Origin: Bigelowiella natans CCMP2755
Taxonomy: Eukaryota; Protista; Cercozoa
DNA: 64,000 nt
Direction: 5' to 3'
Assembly: GCA_000320545.1 (NCBI GenBank)
Contig: ADNK01000542.1
Location: 124,001 to 188,000, forward strand
The notes under the pieces were generated by a model, which ran no database searches, had not been told where the DNA came from, and saw only the letters and a program-made list of their open reading frames with translations. Shown piece after piece: positions 45,827 to 59,303 of this stretch. The first letter of the stretch is position 1, and every line of letters begins with the position of its first letter. The translations under genes and the position numbers were made by a program.

Positions 45827-46399
45827 GGTTCAATTCCTTTGTTTCCAACTTTAAACCAAGATTGAAGGGTTCTTGCTCTTGCTTATCAAAGCAGCTTCGA
45901 AATTACTATTGATCTATAACTTACGTATTGCCTGCCAGTTTATAGACTAGCTGCTTGAGGCTATGGCTACGAGCAGCGTTGAGTGCGTTGGGTGTCTTCG
46001 TCTTCTAGACTTTCAGCAGTATAAAGACCCACAACTAACCCTCGTCGTCAGTCCTCCTTCCATGCAGTAGTGTGGATCTGGGACGCAAATTTTTGTCATT
46101 ATATTACCCTCTCAGTGGTGAATAATAACATGTCTCACTTATCTATTTCAGCTACATTTTACCTTGCGACAAAGAAAGGGGGTAGTTCATTCATTTTTTT
46201 GTTCGATTTTTTTAGAACTGCTTGTTTTTTGCTTCTTTCTCTCTTTCCCATGCACTAGATCTACTGCGACATCATTTCTTTCTTTCTTTTTCTTTTAATT
46301 CTGCGATATTATTAGTACGACTTGTTTGTTTGTTTCTTTTTCTTTATTTTGTACTGCGATATTATTAGTACGACTTGTTTTCACATTCATGCGTTGTCA

Positions 46400-48241
46400 T
46401 CTCAGTGCTGCTCGTACAAGTAGATCTATTCCTGCATTCCACAAGCAGAGGAGGATGTGATTGTTGGTGGATGGTTATCAAATACTGGTAGAAGGGAAGA
46501 GAAAGGTCTTAGGAAGAAGCAGAAAAAAGAAGAGGAAGCTGGGAAATCCTTACCAGATTTGTCTGCGCACTTAACGCTTGACGCCTGACACACAGTTTCA
46601 GGCAGGGCTAGAGGGCACCCTGTCAGAGTTGAGTTCCTCCATCGCTTCGTTGAACGATATCACCTATTGTACATCAAAGTGAGCGAAGGATCAAGAAAAT
46701 AATTGTTACTGCCTCGAACAACACCGCGGGACGTCCCATCTTCGTTCAAAGCATGGGAAAAGAGAAAAGAGGTTCTAAATTTTCCGCAGATGGTCCGTCT
46801 TCTAAGAGGACTGCAAGCAGGGTAAGCCAGAAGTATGCCTATGCAGAATAAATCTTGATTTTAAACTTACCCGACAGATCGAACTAGCCAAAAGGAGAAA
46901 GGGAAAATCTGGTAATGAGGTTTTAAACATGACAAAAGAGGCCAAGAGTTAAAGCTTTTATGAATAAAATCCTAGGCCATGCTTCGGGTCTGGAGGCTTT
47001 GCTTTCATTGGCAAATGCCGCTGAAATAGAGGAGGAACCTCCATTGAAAGAGAAAAGGAGGTCTGAGCTCGAGAGTGAGGGGAAGGGAACTAAAAGGTCT
47101 CGGCCCCAGCTTCAACTTCAAAGGAAAAAATGTCCGTTGAAAAGTAATACGGGTAGACGGGTAGCTTTGGTGAAAGATATCTCTTAGCCTCTTTCGTTTT
47201 AAATTTATTCCTTACCATCCAAACTTCAAATGTAGGCGAAAGAAACGGGAACACAAAAGATACAACCATTTCTGGTGCACCGCACGGTCCTGGATTTTGT
47301 GCCGTAGGTTGTGCTCCAACTATAGAAAAGGCAAAGCATTGTTTGAGGCATACTGCGATTGCTTATTTCATATACTATCAGCAAAGAAAAAGTATGACAC
47401 AGGTGAGCAGTGATTTTCAGTCGCATATTCTTTGCTTGACTGACTTTCTCTCTCATTGGCGTAGTGTGTAAGTCCCGGAGGAAAAACTGCTGCCCACGTT
47501 TCATTAGACCCAACTTTGGAAGCACGGCTGCTGAAAGAGAGGACCAAATGGATGAAAAACACCAAACCAAATTATCTTCAAAGTGCATCAATCGAGAATG
47601 AAACTAGTTTAGAGGCTGCCACATCATCAATGGCATATTTTGATAATGCTAATAAGGGCCAGCAGGAGGCGTCAGATGGAATGCACCGGCATCAAGCAGT
47701 GAAGCTAGTAGGTGAAAGACAGCAGTATTTGGGGAGTGAACACCAGCAACAACCAACGGTAGGGGTAGGATATTACAGATACCAACAGCTACGTCCCTCG
47801 AAAGAGGCAACAGCACATGGAGAAGATGAAAGACATTATCAGCAACAACAACCCACCTACGAAAGAGTTGCAAGACCGTTGTCGTCGTCTGTGGACCGTC
47901 TTCACCGTCCTGTTTTGAATAATCATTCTCTAGGATCACATTCCGTGCCGATGTACATGTCATCACCAATGGTATATGATGAACTTTCGAGATCTAATGC
48001 CGGTGCTGGCCTCCCAATGGATTTGGTTCCCTCCTCATCTTCTAGTGTGACGAAAGGAAATAGTAGTAGTGGGCAACTACTACATAGAGAGAATAACCTT
48101 TATTTCTCTGCGGCAAAACACATTATGGAGAGAGGAAACGAAAGTGGTAGCCGCCAGCTTGAGCAGCATCTGTACCCTTCGACGAAAGGAATAGGTGACA
48201 CTAAAGACAGTGCATTATTTCAGATTTTTCGTCATCCTTGA
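46400..48241 (+). CDS. Hypothetical multi-exon protein with basic segment and Q/S-rich C-terminus; start uncertain
   Basis: Terminal 241-aa open frame 47516-48241 and upstream exon-like frames (GLEALLSLANAAE..KRSRP). Confidence 0.5.
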
Positions 48242-48629
48242 TACCCCACTAGGCACGGTTGGAACGAACATTATCAGAGGACACGGGCATCTGCGGGCTG
48301 AAAATAATCTTTCAGAAGGTGATATGAAGGCAGTGGAAAATACTGATCAGTTATTGCAATATGATCATCGGTAGTCAAATAATACGGTAGGGACTTCCAA
48401 TTAACATATACCTCTAGGACATGGCTAGATGGATAGCGGCGGAGAACACATGCACGCATGCGAGTAGCATTGCTGCTGTCATAATAACGCACTCATGCAG
48501 GGGCGACAGCTAGACAGGCCTCTCGGTTTCTATTTAGATGCCTAAATGTGTTTAGGTTCACAATACAAATCCCATGCACATGCATCACAAATGACGCCAG
48601 TCACTTGTGATGTAAGGATACAAATATTA

Positions 48630-49010
48630 GAAGACGGATGTAATTAATCAATTAAATTTGTTCAATGGTTATCCTTGTGTAGCTGTGCAATGCAGCGGCT
48701 ACAGTGCCAATGTTGAATCTGTTGGTTTCTGCTATGATGTATTTCATGCGAGCAAATTCATGTTGTTTCGGTTTTGGTCTGTGGTGTCGCGCATTAACAT
48801 CGCGCAGCAGTTCGTATTTCCTTCTATTCTCATCAGATGTCAGTCTTTTCGTTTCGTCCTCGCATATCACTAACTAGCTAAGGCCGTGAGCTGGTTCCTC
48901 AAGCGGCGTGGATGTGTGGTGTGCAATGAGCAAGAAAGTAGGTGATCCACATCTTCGGTGACATATGCAGACGCTTGTACAGTGCGCATCGCTAGATCGT
49001 GCTTCGGCCA
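48630..49010 (+). repeat. Dispersed intergenic repeat family, long copy
   Basis: AAGACGGATGTAATTAATCAATTAAATTTGTTCAATGGTTATCCTTGTGTAGCTGTGCAATGCAGCGGCTACAGTGCCAATGTTGAATCTGTTGGTTTCTGCTATGATG; downstream CTGGTTCCT and ATCCACAT blocks are shared with 21520-22000. Confidence 0.78.
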
Positions 49011-49034
49011 CAATGCTGTCAGTGTTCTTTTCTC

Positions 49035-49530
49035 CCGGACTAGTGTGCCAAAATGCGATGCTCTAGATGTCGTCTAGCTAGATGTGTGTCTAGTAGCGGT
49101 GTGTGTGCGGCAGCCCGGGCTTGGCAATACTGTCGTCGCTATGAGCAGGCGTACGCAGGAACATGCATGCTAGCATGCATTAGCTAGCTAGTGCAGGCTA
49201 GCAGGCCTAAACTAGTGCACTCTAGCACTGCTAGACGAGGCTTGTAGGCTAGCTAGCTAGTCTAGCTAGTGCTAGAGTGTGCTAGTGTGTGCAAGACGAC
49301 TAGAGCATGCGGTCTAGTGGTGCGCGTGGCCATCAGTCTAGACTAGAAGAACTAGAGAAGTGCTCATGCTGGCATTTGTGCATCACATGGCCGGGCTAGC
49401 GGGGTTGCACATCTAGCTTTGTAGAGCTCTAGATAGCTAGCTAGCTAGCTAGAGCTAGAGCTGTATGAAATATAGCAGATGCTCGGCTCTAGCTAGCTAG
49501 ATCGTTAGCTGCATGCACTATCTAGCTATT
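49035..49530. repeat. CTAG-dense palindromic low-complexity island
   Basis: About 35 CTAG tetramers by hand count in about 500 bp. Confidence 0.9.
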
Positions 49531-49977
49531 GCAGATAACTTTAATGTCGTTAGCTGATGCCAAACTTGTTAGCAAATTTCAATTCACGACGCGATTACTT
49601 GCAGCAGCATCATGTCATTTTCATGAACTTTCGCACCGCAGCTACGCTCACCAAGAAAACAACATCTGCGTGACCACGATCTAGACGATGCATTCGATTC
49701 ATTTTAAAATGAGCGTGGCTAGATGGGACATATCAGTATGTAGTAGTGTAGCGTAGACAGCATAGCATCAATTTGCCCACAATCTTCATTCCATGTAGAG
49801 CTAGGTAGTTTATATTTATAATTATTGGCTTTGTTGGCACTTGTAATACAACCAAAAAGTGATGACAGAATATTACAGAGGTTAAACTAATTCACACACT
49901 AAATTCATGTACACACTGCTAGACTGCCGAGTCCAGATTTGCCAAGTTCATACACGTCGACGTAACTAGCTATGTAA

Positions 49978-52505
49978 CTAACGATTTTTTAGACAATTCT
50001 TCGATATAAATGATTACTAAACCTAAAAATTAGAAAGGGTTTCTGCAATATGAAATTGCCTCATTACATTGAATGAGCATATAACATCACCTGTGGGCTG
50101 CTTCCTTGATTTCTGAACCTTGAAAAACCTTCCAGGCGGGATGACGTATTCATCCTCGCCTTTGAAAGCTGAAAATTTTTGTATACTGACCGCGGAATTA
50201 GGCTGTATGTAAAACAAGGTCCGACTTCCACTATTTCCAATAAAATCTTTTGCAATTTTTACATCGCCTGGAAGCAATGTAGTCTCAATCATTTATTCGT
50301 TATTTCTGAGATGATGATTACTTGTGCATGAGCTCACACCCCACCATACCACTTGTTTTCCTACTGGGTAATCTTTCGCGAGATCTGCTTTGACACCTCT
50401 GTACAACTTCTTTGTGAATTTTGGAAGCTTTTCTAGCGCGACCGTTAAAAGTTTCAGATATGGAAAATACACCTAACGCAATAAACCTCATTCATAAACT
50501 GTGGGAAGTATAGAGTATGTTAACCTCCAGCCCTTTCCTTAATGGATCTCGCAACTTCTCATTTAACTTCCGATAAAAGCCACACTCTTGAGTGTACAGA
50601 TGCACGGCTGCCCTCTCATTAAATTTCAGGACAGAGTCATCTTCTGAATGTTCGATGGCAAATTTTAGGCTGTTTTTAAGGAAAGGATTAAGGGACTTGA
50701 TAGAGGCAAAAAGAGGTTTGACTGCATCCATAAGAGGTACAAGTGGGAGCTTAGATATGCCTTCAATGGAAGGAAGCTTGAAGAGAGGCACTTCGTTTTG
50801 AAGGTCAGAAAGTCGCTTTAGATAAGACTCGTGTAGCATCATTGTGTCTTTTATAAAAACTGTCATCCGATCCGCTGTTTCCTTAACAGAAGAATTATGC
50901 AATGCGTCCCACTCACCTATTCGATAATATAGTTTTCTGTTATGAATCATGTTATGCTGGAATCCTCACTGCAAATAAAGTGGACCTTCACGTGGTAGCC
51001 AATCTACTTGATCCATCTTCAGCTCACCGAGAGCGCTGTTTATTCTTTTAAGTGGATTGCCAACGCCTTCTGTACCTTATCTCATAATAACACTCAAATC
51101 AGGAAATTCAAGCTAGGGTACAAAATAATTAATGAGTCTTACAAAATGATTCAGCGTTTGCAGCTGGGTTACAGTGCGATACGTGCCTGAAACTCATAAT
51201 TATTAGTCATTAATTGTTTCAGGTTTATCGTATTAACATCAGAGATCGCCATATTTCTACCGTATGGGAACATTCTGGAATAGGGGACTGATATTCTGAA
51301 CATATTGTCGAAGACTTTGAGCTTTTGTTCCCCACCAGACAAATACAACTCCCTGATATTTTGGATCGTCTGTTTGTTCCTTTGCTTTGAGAATTTGTTT
51401 CACGATTTCCTTAATAACAGGTCTCCAAAATGAAATGTGAGAGCTATGATGTAATGATTTGTCGCAGGTAGACGTCAGAGAAGCATTTAACAGCAAGCAC
51501 CCTTGCGTCAGCAAAGCTTTGAAGTATGAGGGCGGCTGAAGAACTTTTGCCTTACTCAGAATTGTTCGCAATTCTTTAACTGGTGTGCGTTTGTTTACAA
51601 TTGAGCAATATTTGTCGGTTGCCATCAGCGCCGATTTTATAATGCATCTTATTGAAGTTACGCGGCCGAATCTCTTGTCGTCCCAATTGTGAAACGTGTT
51701 GTCGAACATCGCGATTCCTAATTGTTGAGCGTGAAAAGACATGTTGTAATTGTTAAAGGCAGGCGAAGAAAATTCAATGAGAGTCTACATCCGATGTATG
51801 TCGTAATTTCGTTATTCTCTCTCTACTCCTTATGCAGAAGAGAGAATACGAAAACATAGATTGTATTGAAAGTTATGTTCCAACCAGGAAAAAACCCAAT
51901 GATTTAGCTAGTGTGATTTTTCTAGCAGCAGCAATAATAGCAACACAACCACCACCACCTACTAGATAATGGTAATACACATCAATTTTCGACCTGTTGC
52001 AGATTCAACACGTGGATATGGTAATACATCAATTTTCGACCTGTTGCAGATTCAACACGTGGATATGGCGATTGTCCCAATATTATCACATTCCACCTCT
52101 CTGGGGGATTGGGTTTTAAGGCTTGGAAAGTAAGTTCTCTGACTGGAACAATTGCCTTCGATCTCTTCGGCCCCACAAACTTTGCAGCATTGAGTTGGCG
52201 TTCAATCATTGGTTTTAGGAGAGGTAACCAAGACTCGCCGCCCATGTTAAACAAAGCATTTAGCTCTAAAGGGTCACCTTCCTCAGTATTTTCTGACGAA
52301 CTTGAGGCAGTGAAAGGCTTTAAGTGTCCAACCTATTTAATTCGAAGACTTTTATTCGAATCTTCCGTTCATTCATTTGTCTAAATTGACACGTGGGGTG
52401 CACCTTTTGCTTCTTCTTGTTCTTCTTCTTGTTGTTGTTACTATGGATTTCATTTTTAACATCAGAAGCACCAGAATGCTTAAAACTGGCCCAATCCAAA
52501 TCCAT
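49978..52505 (-). CDS. Uracil-DNA-glycosylase-fold / ADP-ribosyltransferase (R-S-E clade) fusion protein, 9 exons
   Basis: Exons 52404-52505, 52041-52332, 51261-51717, 51143-51186, about 50987-51075, about 50525-50916, about 50322-50472, about 50091-50267, 49978-about 50021 splice in frame. UDG motifs: VIILGQSPYP, QGCLLLNASLT, FVWWG, HCNP, INSAL..VDW. ART motifs: LYT, LYRG, WWGVSSCT, SAFKGEDEYVIPPG. Confidence 0.88.
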
Positions 52506-53408
52506 GTTCGTGGGGCTCGAAGGAAGATGAATTGTACGCTCGGTAAGACAGGGAGGAGGAAAAGCTTCCCGCCATATGAAATATATCCTAGAAATGCCCT
52601 GTAATTCCATAGGACGACAAGCTCTTCTTCCGGGGATTATTTTCCGCAAGAATAATGAATGAGAATGCTTTGCATCCGAGGACGCCCTTCCCCCGATTAT
52701 GTGGTAGGTGATAACCGTCTCGTGAATGATCACACTCCTTTTCGGTGTTGCAATAAGTATCATCGCCCAAAGCAAAGCGAGGATGGTAGGGCCACAGCTG
52801 CCCGATTCACATCAATCTGACCGTGAACAACTGGAAATGCAAGCTCCAGATTCGATACCATTCAGGTTCTAGGGTGTATTTCCCCACGAAATCTGCTGTA
52901 AAAACCTTCGAATTAATACTAGATTCCATCATCAAACGGAACCTCGCACGCTCGACAGGAAGCTGTATCCATTTGACCCACTCGTAATAAATAATTTACG
53001 TCGTTTTGTTGTGGGTGTAGTACACTGCCTGACAAAACTGCTGCTGCTGCTGTCGAAACTTAAAAGGGTTACGGCGAAATGTTGAACAAGAACCAACCCC
53101 TGATGGCACCCCCCGCGTATCAACGCCAGGAGCAAGCACTACGTGCCTTAGAATGTTGGGCAGCACCATTCGAATAATCTTCTAAATGAGAATCCCACTT
53201 AACAATATATTAATCCCTCTTATTTTAGATCTTCGGCATAAGCGAATAATCAGTGGATCAAGACAACGCCGTATGCATTACGAATCCACAGCTAGTTGGG
53301 ATTGACTGAATGTTATATTTGATAATGATAAATGGGTTAAAATAATAATATTAATTAGGCGAACCAGTTCTTCAATATGGCCCACATTTACCCCCCCCGT
53401 TGGGACCC

Positions 53409-53461
53409 ATGGTGCGCGATGATTCACATCTGTCTCAGGGTGGTAGTAGTAGTAGTGGTAA

Positions 53462-53496
<35 letters not shown>

Positions 53497-54054
53497 TCAC
53501 TGTCAAAGAGGAAAGCGAGGTAGTAGAAGTAGTATGAGGCCAATTATTATCATTAAACAGTTATTATGCGTTCATAAAGATGTTTCATAAAGATGTGTTT
53601 GTTTGTTGTCCAATTATTATCATTAAACAGTTATTATGCCCTTATAAAGATGCGTTTGTTATGCGTTCATAAAGAAGATGTGTTTGTTGTCGTAATTTCG
53701 ACTCCCTTCAAAGGTATGATGATGAAGCCAATATTGTTAACATGACTCAGGAGTAGTTGTAGCGCTCAGGGAGGAGGAATGCAATCAAAAGCAGCTTGAT
53801 AATCAAACAAAATCAAATATGGTTTCAGGGTGAATTATCCTAATTTTTGCAAATTCGTACAAAGTTGTGTAATTTAACCATGCATTGCGAGAACATTGTA
53901 CTAACAATTATGCTCTACCTAATGTGATCTACACATCTTCGTCGTTGTTTCAAGTAGGATTCGCCCATGGACGAAACCATTGCTACCAGAGAAAGACGTA
54001 ACATACAACAGCAGCATTTGTATCAATTTCATTGATACGATAAATTACTAGTGA

Positions 54055-54086
<32 letters not shown>

Positions 54087-54408
54087 GCAGGATCGTCTGT
54101 TCGATGGTGGAGAGAAAATGATAAAATGGTAGCAGTATTTATTAAATGATGATGCGTCTTCGTCAAACAAATAGTTGGGGATTATTCGATGATGGTTGCT
54201 TATCACTTCTTTTCCTTAACAGGACCTCAAAAAACGAGGACAATATACTTGAGCAGGCATCTGGGGGACTTTTGAAAGAGGCAACCTCTAATCTTCCTTG
54301 ATATACAATTATATATTTCTTGAAGAATCTTTATGGTATTTTTTTAGATTCCTGGTGAAAAAGAAATAGAGTTGGACGGTCAGTCCGCAGTGATACAACA
54401 TGCATAGA

Positions 54409-54443
<35 letters not shown>

Positions 54444-55514
54444 CCGTTACTACTACTTCGGATAATTTGTAATGAAAACAGAGGAGGCTATTGATAAAGG
54501 CGTATCTCAGCGATTGACAGCGCTTGTTCTAAAGAAATTTGAGAGAATACTACAAGAGGACGTGAGGAAATGATGATGATGATGATGATGATGATGATAG
54601 TAGTAGTAGTACTAGTTGGGGCCTGAAGAAAAGAAGATCAAGAAGAAAGAAAATGTAGCAAGAAGATGGAGGAGAAGGATGATAATGTGGAACTGGAGGG
54701 TTAACAGAAGGAGCGGGAAAAAACAGGGGAAAAGCAACACCACAATATCATCATCATCATCATCATCATCATCCTAGTAAGCAATAACATAGCTGCTACT
54801 AGTGAGTGATCTTTGTGATCCTCCTCCTCCTCCTCCTCCTCTAATGTGCTTTTGCTGCTACTGCCGCATATAGATTGCTTTGGATCAGATACCTGATCAA
54901 CTACCCGAAGATGATGTTGACGAGGGATTTATGAGGTGGTGGTGGTGGTGGTTAGAGTAAGGAACGAGAGCACCTCCAAAAGATAGATAGTAAACAATGA
55001 TAAATATAGTGTACTACTGCTCGTCGATAGATAGTAAACGATGATAAATATAGTGTACTGCTGCCCGTCGCTAAATACATAATAGAAAACAGTCCCATCA
55101 ATTGGCGTTCATGACAGAAATAATCATCTTATGAAAGTAGTGTGAAATGATGCTTCGTATGCTTCGTCTGAAAATAGACAACTGAATGCTACCTTGGAGT
55201 TTCTTCGAGATCGGTGATTAAGAACATATCATGGGGACTGATAGTAACAGAGTGTATTAGAGATCGGTGATTAAGAACATATCATGGGGACTGATAGTAA
55301 CAGAGTGTATTATTATTTTTTTTTTTTTCCAACATCGAGCAGAAATGAACTAGGATACCACTACATTGTTTGGTCTCCTTTCATTCATTTAAGTGTAAAC
55401 AAAACCACCGCCTCCTCCTCTTCCTCCTCCTCTTCCTCCTCATCCTAGGTACAAACCCTTTGCTGCTGCTAGGGAGGAAGAGGTAAGAAAGAATGATAGA
55501 TATTAGATATGATT

Positions 55515-55552
<38 letters not shown>

Positions 55553-55967
55553 AATAAATATAATATTATGTTGTGATTTTTTTTTCTTTAACATCAAATT
55601 TTACCACTGGCCACCACCTTATGAATACTGCTATTGATTTTCGGATATTCTTCAGTAGCACGCATGCTATTTGTGTTTTTCCCCGTGCTGATTTCTTGCC
55701 CTTTTCTTATTTATGCGGACGATGACAAATGTTGTTGCTTATAATCTCTAACATTAGGAAAAGGACAAAGAGAGGCACGAACTTCAAAAGAGAAAGCTTC
55801 AGTGGATTGCGAAGAACGTTCATACGGGTGCAGAAGATGTGAAGAGGTGGACTAATAATAATAGCACAACGTCGACATTCTTCTATATTACCATTGATGT
55901 TTTACGATAATAATAATAGCACAACGCCAACATTCTTCTATATTACCATTGATGTTTTACGATAAAT

Positions 55968-55999
<32 letters not shown>

Positions 56000-56349
56000 C
56001 TCTTATCCAACCTGATTATTAATAATTCAGGAAATGGGTACAGGCAAATGATGACTTCCACGGCTATAATCAATACTTAGCTTTGAGGAAATGGCAGGAG
56101 AAAACGTAATAGTTGTTCTCTCTTTCAGATTCGTGGATCCAATCTATTTCTTTCACATTATGGGAGAGTAGGTTATAATATAGGTTATCCATGTCTGAAA
56201 GAATGTTTGCACACTATTAACAAATCATGTTTGCATATCATTATTAAGTGAAAAGGAGGCAGAGGAATTTCAGAAGAGATTAGAGCAGCAGGATGACGAA
56301 AATAAGGTTGTGATTTAGGATATGTCAATAACCATGGAAAAAGAAATTT

Positions 56350-56392
<43 letters not shown>

Positions 56393-58311
56393 ATTTGAAT
56401 AATATCTCCCTAATATACTTCAGTGGTCAGAAGAAGCAAAAAAATACAATCAGAAACAGGTTCTACTATTAAAACATCATATCTTTCTGTCGAATTATGT
56501 TATGTTATGCAGCATCCATCCATCCATTATGTGGTCGTCATTGTCTTCTCTTTATGTCTCTTTTGCCTCTCTGTTATAAATAACCTTGAAGTCCTACAAT
56601 ATCCCTCAGGAAGAAATAATCCTCAAATCTAAGCTGTTATAAATAACCTTGAAGTCCTACAATATCCCTCAGGAAGAAATAATCCTCAAATCTAAGCTGC
56701 AACAACGTGCTTCAAAGGCTAGGTTATTATATATTCTTCAATGATTCACCTACATCATTATCATCACCATCATTATCATCATCATCATCATCATCATAGG
56801 AAGCGGCGGGAAGATAAAGAACATGTAAAGTTGGGTAAGCAAAGAGAGCAGCACTTCAAACCACTAGGTACACTTACTTGAAACACCGGCATACTCTCTC
56901 TGGGGTTGTCCAGTTTATCTTACGTCTATTTCTCTAGGAATGAGTGGAAAATTGTCCAAGATGAGCGAAGAAATATCAAATTCTTCAACGTAAGTATAAA
57001 TCACAAACTGCAATTCAAATTGTTAATTGTAGTTGTATAAAGCGCTCGTAGGTATCTGGAGGATCTGCAAGATGTTCAAAAATCAAGCAACAAAATCACG
57101 CATATCGACCAAGCACAGCATCCTGGATTCTTAAGTTCCCGCAGCAAAAATTTGCATATCGTAATTTTTACTTTAGCATTAAATGTTCTTCTTCCTCTTT
57201 GCCGTGTGTGTGTGTGTGTGTTGTGAAAAATCAATAACAATGCTATATTATTATCATCATATCCAGGAAACAAGATATGATGAAATGGGACTGGGAAAAT
57301 GTGTTGGTATGTTATACAATTGGTTGCAGCTGCTTCTCTGAATGATACGGCGAAGATTCTGTCTGGATGATGATAGCTTGGCACTTCTTAAATAGGAGTT
57401 CAAGCATGGCAAGCCGCCCCCCCCACTCCTCCGCCCACAGTACCACCGAAGAAAGATCGAGTCATTTTCACGGGATTTGGAACGTAGTTCTTATTAGAAG
57501 CCATAGATTGTTGCCTTAATCATGTACTTCATATTCAATATGAGCTTTCTCATTACAGCGTGGTGGACATTGATAAAGCTTTCCCAAAAAAAAAAAAGAC
57601 TCCGGAGGAAGAGGTTTTCTATAATTCCATATTTTGTATTATAGCATTGGATCTTACCAATGTTGTTTTTGCGTTAATATTCAGCTTGAAGTGATGCTAA
57701 GTCTTGCACTTAAAACTGCCACGGTATATTAGTGAGTATATTAGTAAGTGTGGCGTCTCGAATGTAAGTCGTATGAATTTATGTCTTGCTATTGGGTTGT
57801 TACCTTAGGCAAAGTTAGAAAATGTCGGTGTTCAATATCCCCCTCCTTTGCCACCGGTAACTCTCACTATACGGCAAAAAATGAAGAGGTCAGTCACATC
57901 AACAGCAAGCAGAGAGTGTCTAAATTATTTAATTATCTTGACTTTTTATTAGGCGAGTAAGAACTGAAGTCGAGCGCATGAAGGAGAAGATTCGCCAGAC
58001 AGAGGTAATAAACACATATTGATGATAATTATTAAAACTTCTAAGAACTCGTCATCTTTGACATTGCAGCTGAGGGAAAGATTGATAAAAAAAAGGGAAA
58101 AGAAGGCAAAAGCGGTATGCATCAGAAAGAAAATACTCCATGGAACATATGTGTGAAGTTGCATTTTTTTCCAATTTTGCAACAGGAGGAGAAATTGCAA
58201 CGATTGAGCGATGTCAGGCACAACAAATTGGTTGGTGAATTTCATTCGGTAGGAGGAGAGCTTCAGGTAGCACAACTTCGTCGCATTGATAGTAAACATT
58301 TAGGTGCGTGA
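53409..58311 (+). CDS. Hypothetical coiled-coil-rich protein with more than 20 small exons; start uncertain
   Basis: Many GT-AG-bounded E/K/R-rich mini-exons (EEAIDKGVSQRL.., EKDKERHELQKRKLQW.., APPTPPPTVPPKK..) ending ..IDSKHLGA* at 58311. Confidence 0.55.
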
Positions 58312-58680
58312 TTCCCACAATATGCACTCTTCATTAGAGTTTGTATTATGGTCGACTAAATCTTCGCATATCTTAATAAAAGTTTTGAAGCCATCAAAAA
58401 TAAGAGTAAAACTCCTTTGTCAATAAATGAAATGGAAGCCAAGCTACCAAGCACAGACAGTATGCCGCGCTCGTAGATCGCCGCAGTGCAAACACGCCGC
58501 TCATGTCCTTAAGACATGTGGACAAATACATATAAACAAAGGATACATCATTATAGACATCATGTAGATAGCTTCATGTGCTGCATTAAACTACTACATG
58601 CAGCTCGCACATGCTTGCGATTCGTCTCACTCGAAGGCGCGCTACACTAGCTTGGCGTTACACATGTGTGCATAGACTTA

Positions 58681-58795
58681 TGAGACGGATGTAATGGATT
58701 GATTAAATCTTTTGAATGGTCTAGTGGTCATCTGTCTAATGTAGCTATGTAATATAGCGGCTACAGTACTTATGTTGTGCCTGTTTGTGCATACT
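58681..58795 (+). repeat. Dispersed intergenic repeat family copy
   Basis: GAGACGGATGTAATGGATTGATTAAATCTTTTGAATGGT..GTAGCTATGTAATATAGCGGCTACAGTACTTATGTTGTGCCTGTTTG. Confidence 0.7.
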
Positions 58796-59303
58796 AGCAT
58801 AGCTTACTTCTAATGACGACGAGGTATTCGCAGTGTATCTATATCTGCAGCTGCATGATAGTGCAGTGCATCGCAATGTACATTTTACCCTTTCATCAAG
58901 ATAGGATCAACTAGTAGCGCTCATGATCTCATCTGTCGATTTGTGGCACATCAGGCGATGATTCAGGTTAAGAGAAACATCACAATAGCCGTTATGTGGG
59001 CGGGCTCGCATGTCTTGTAATGTGCACTTATGCTCAACAAGTGTACACTTGTTATGGGTTCTCATTTGCACGTACTGTTCATGAAGACTTAAGCGTAAAC
59101 ATCATGCGAGGGGCATAAGCAGTAGTGCACGCACATTATGATGTGCCAGTATTTTAAAGATTAATAGTTGATCAACATGGTCGAAATTCTTCGTGGGAAC
59201 AATGGAAACTTGGTATGAGTATATGATGTACAAAGCGAACATTATTGACAGACATGTGTGGTATCTCAAACTAAGTTACAGGTTGCGCTTTCACACTTCT
59301 CAA

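Noticed and set aside
52320-52775. 151-aa ORF as an independent gene
   Set aside because: Its 52404-52505 part is best explained as exon 1 of the UDG-ART gene; the rest is upstream sequence and intron.
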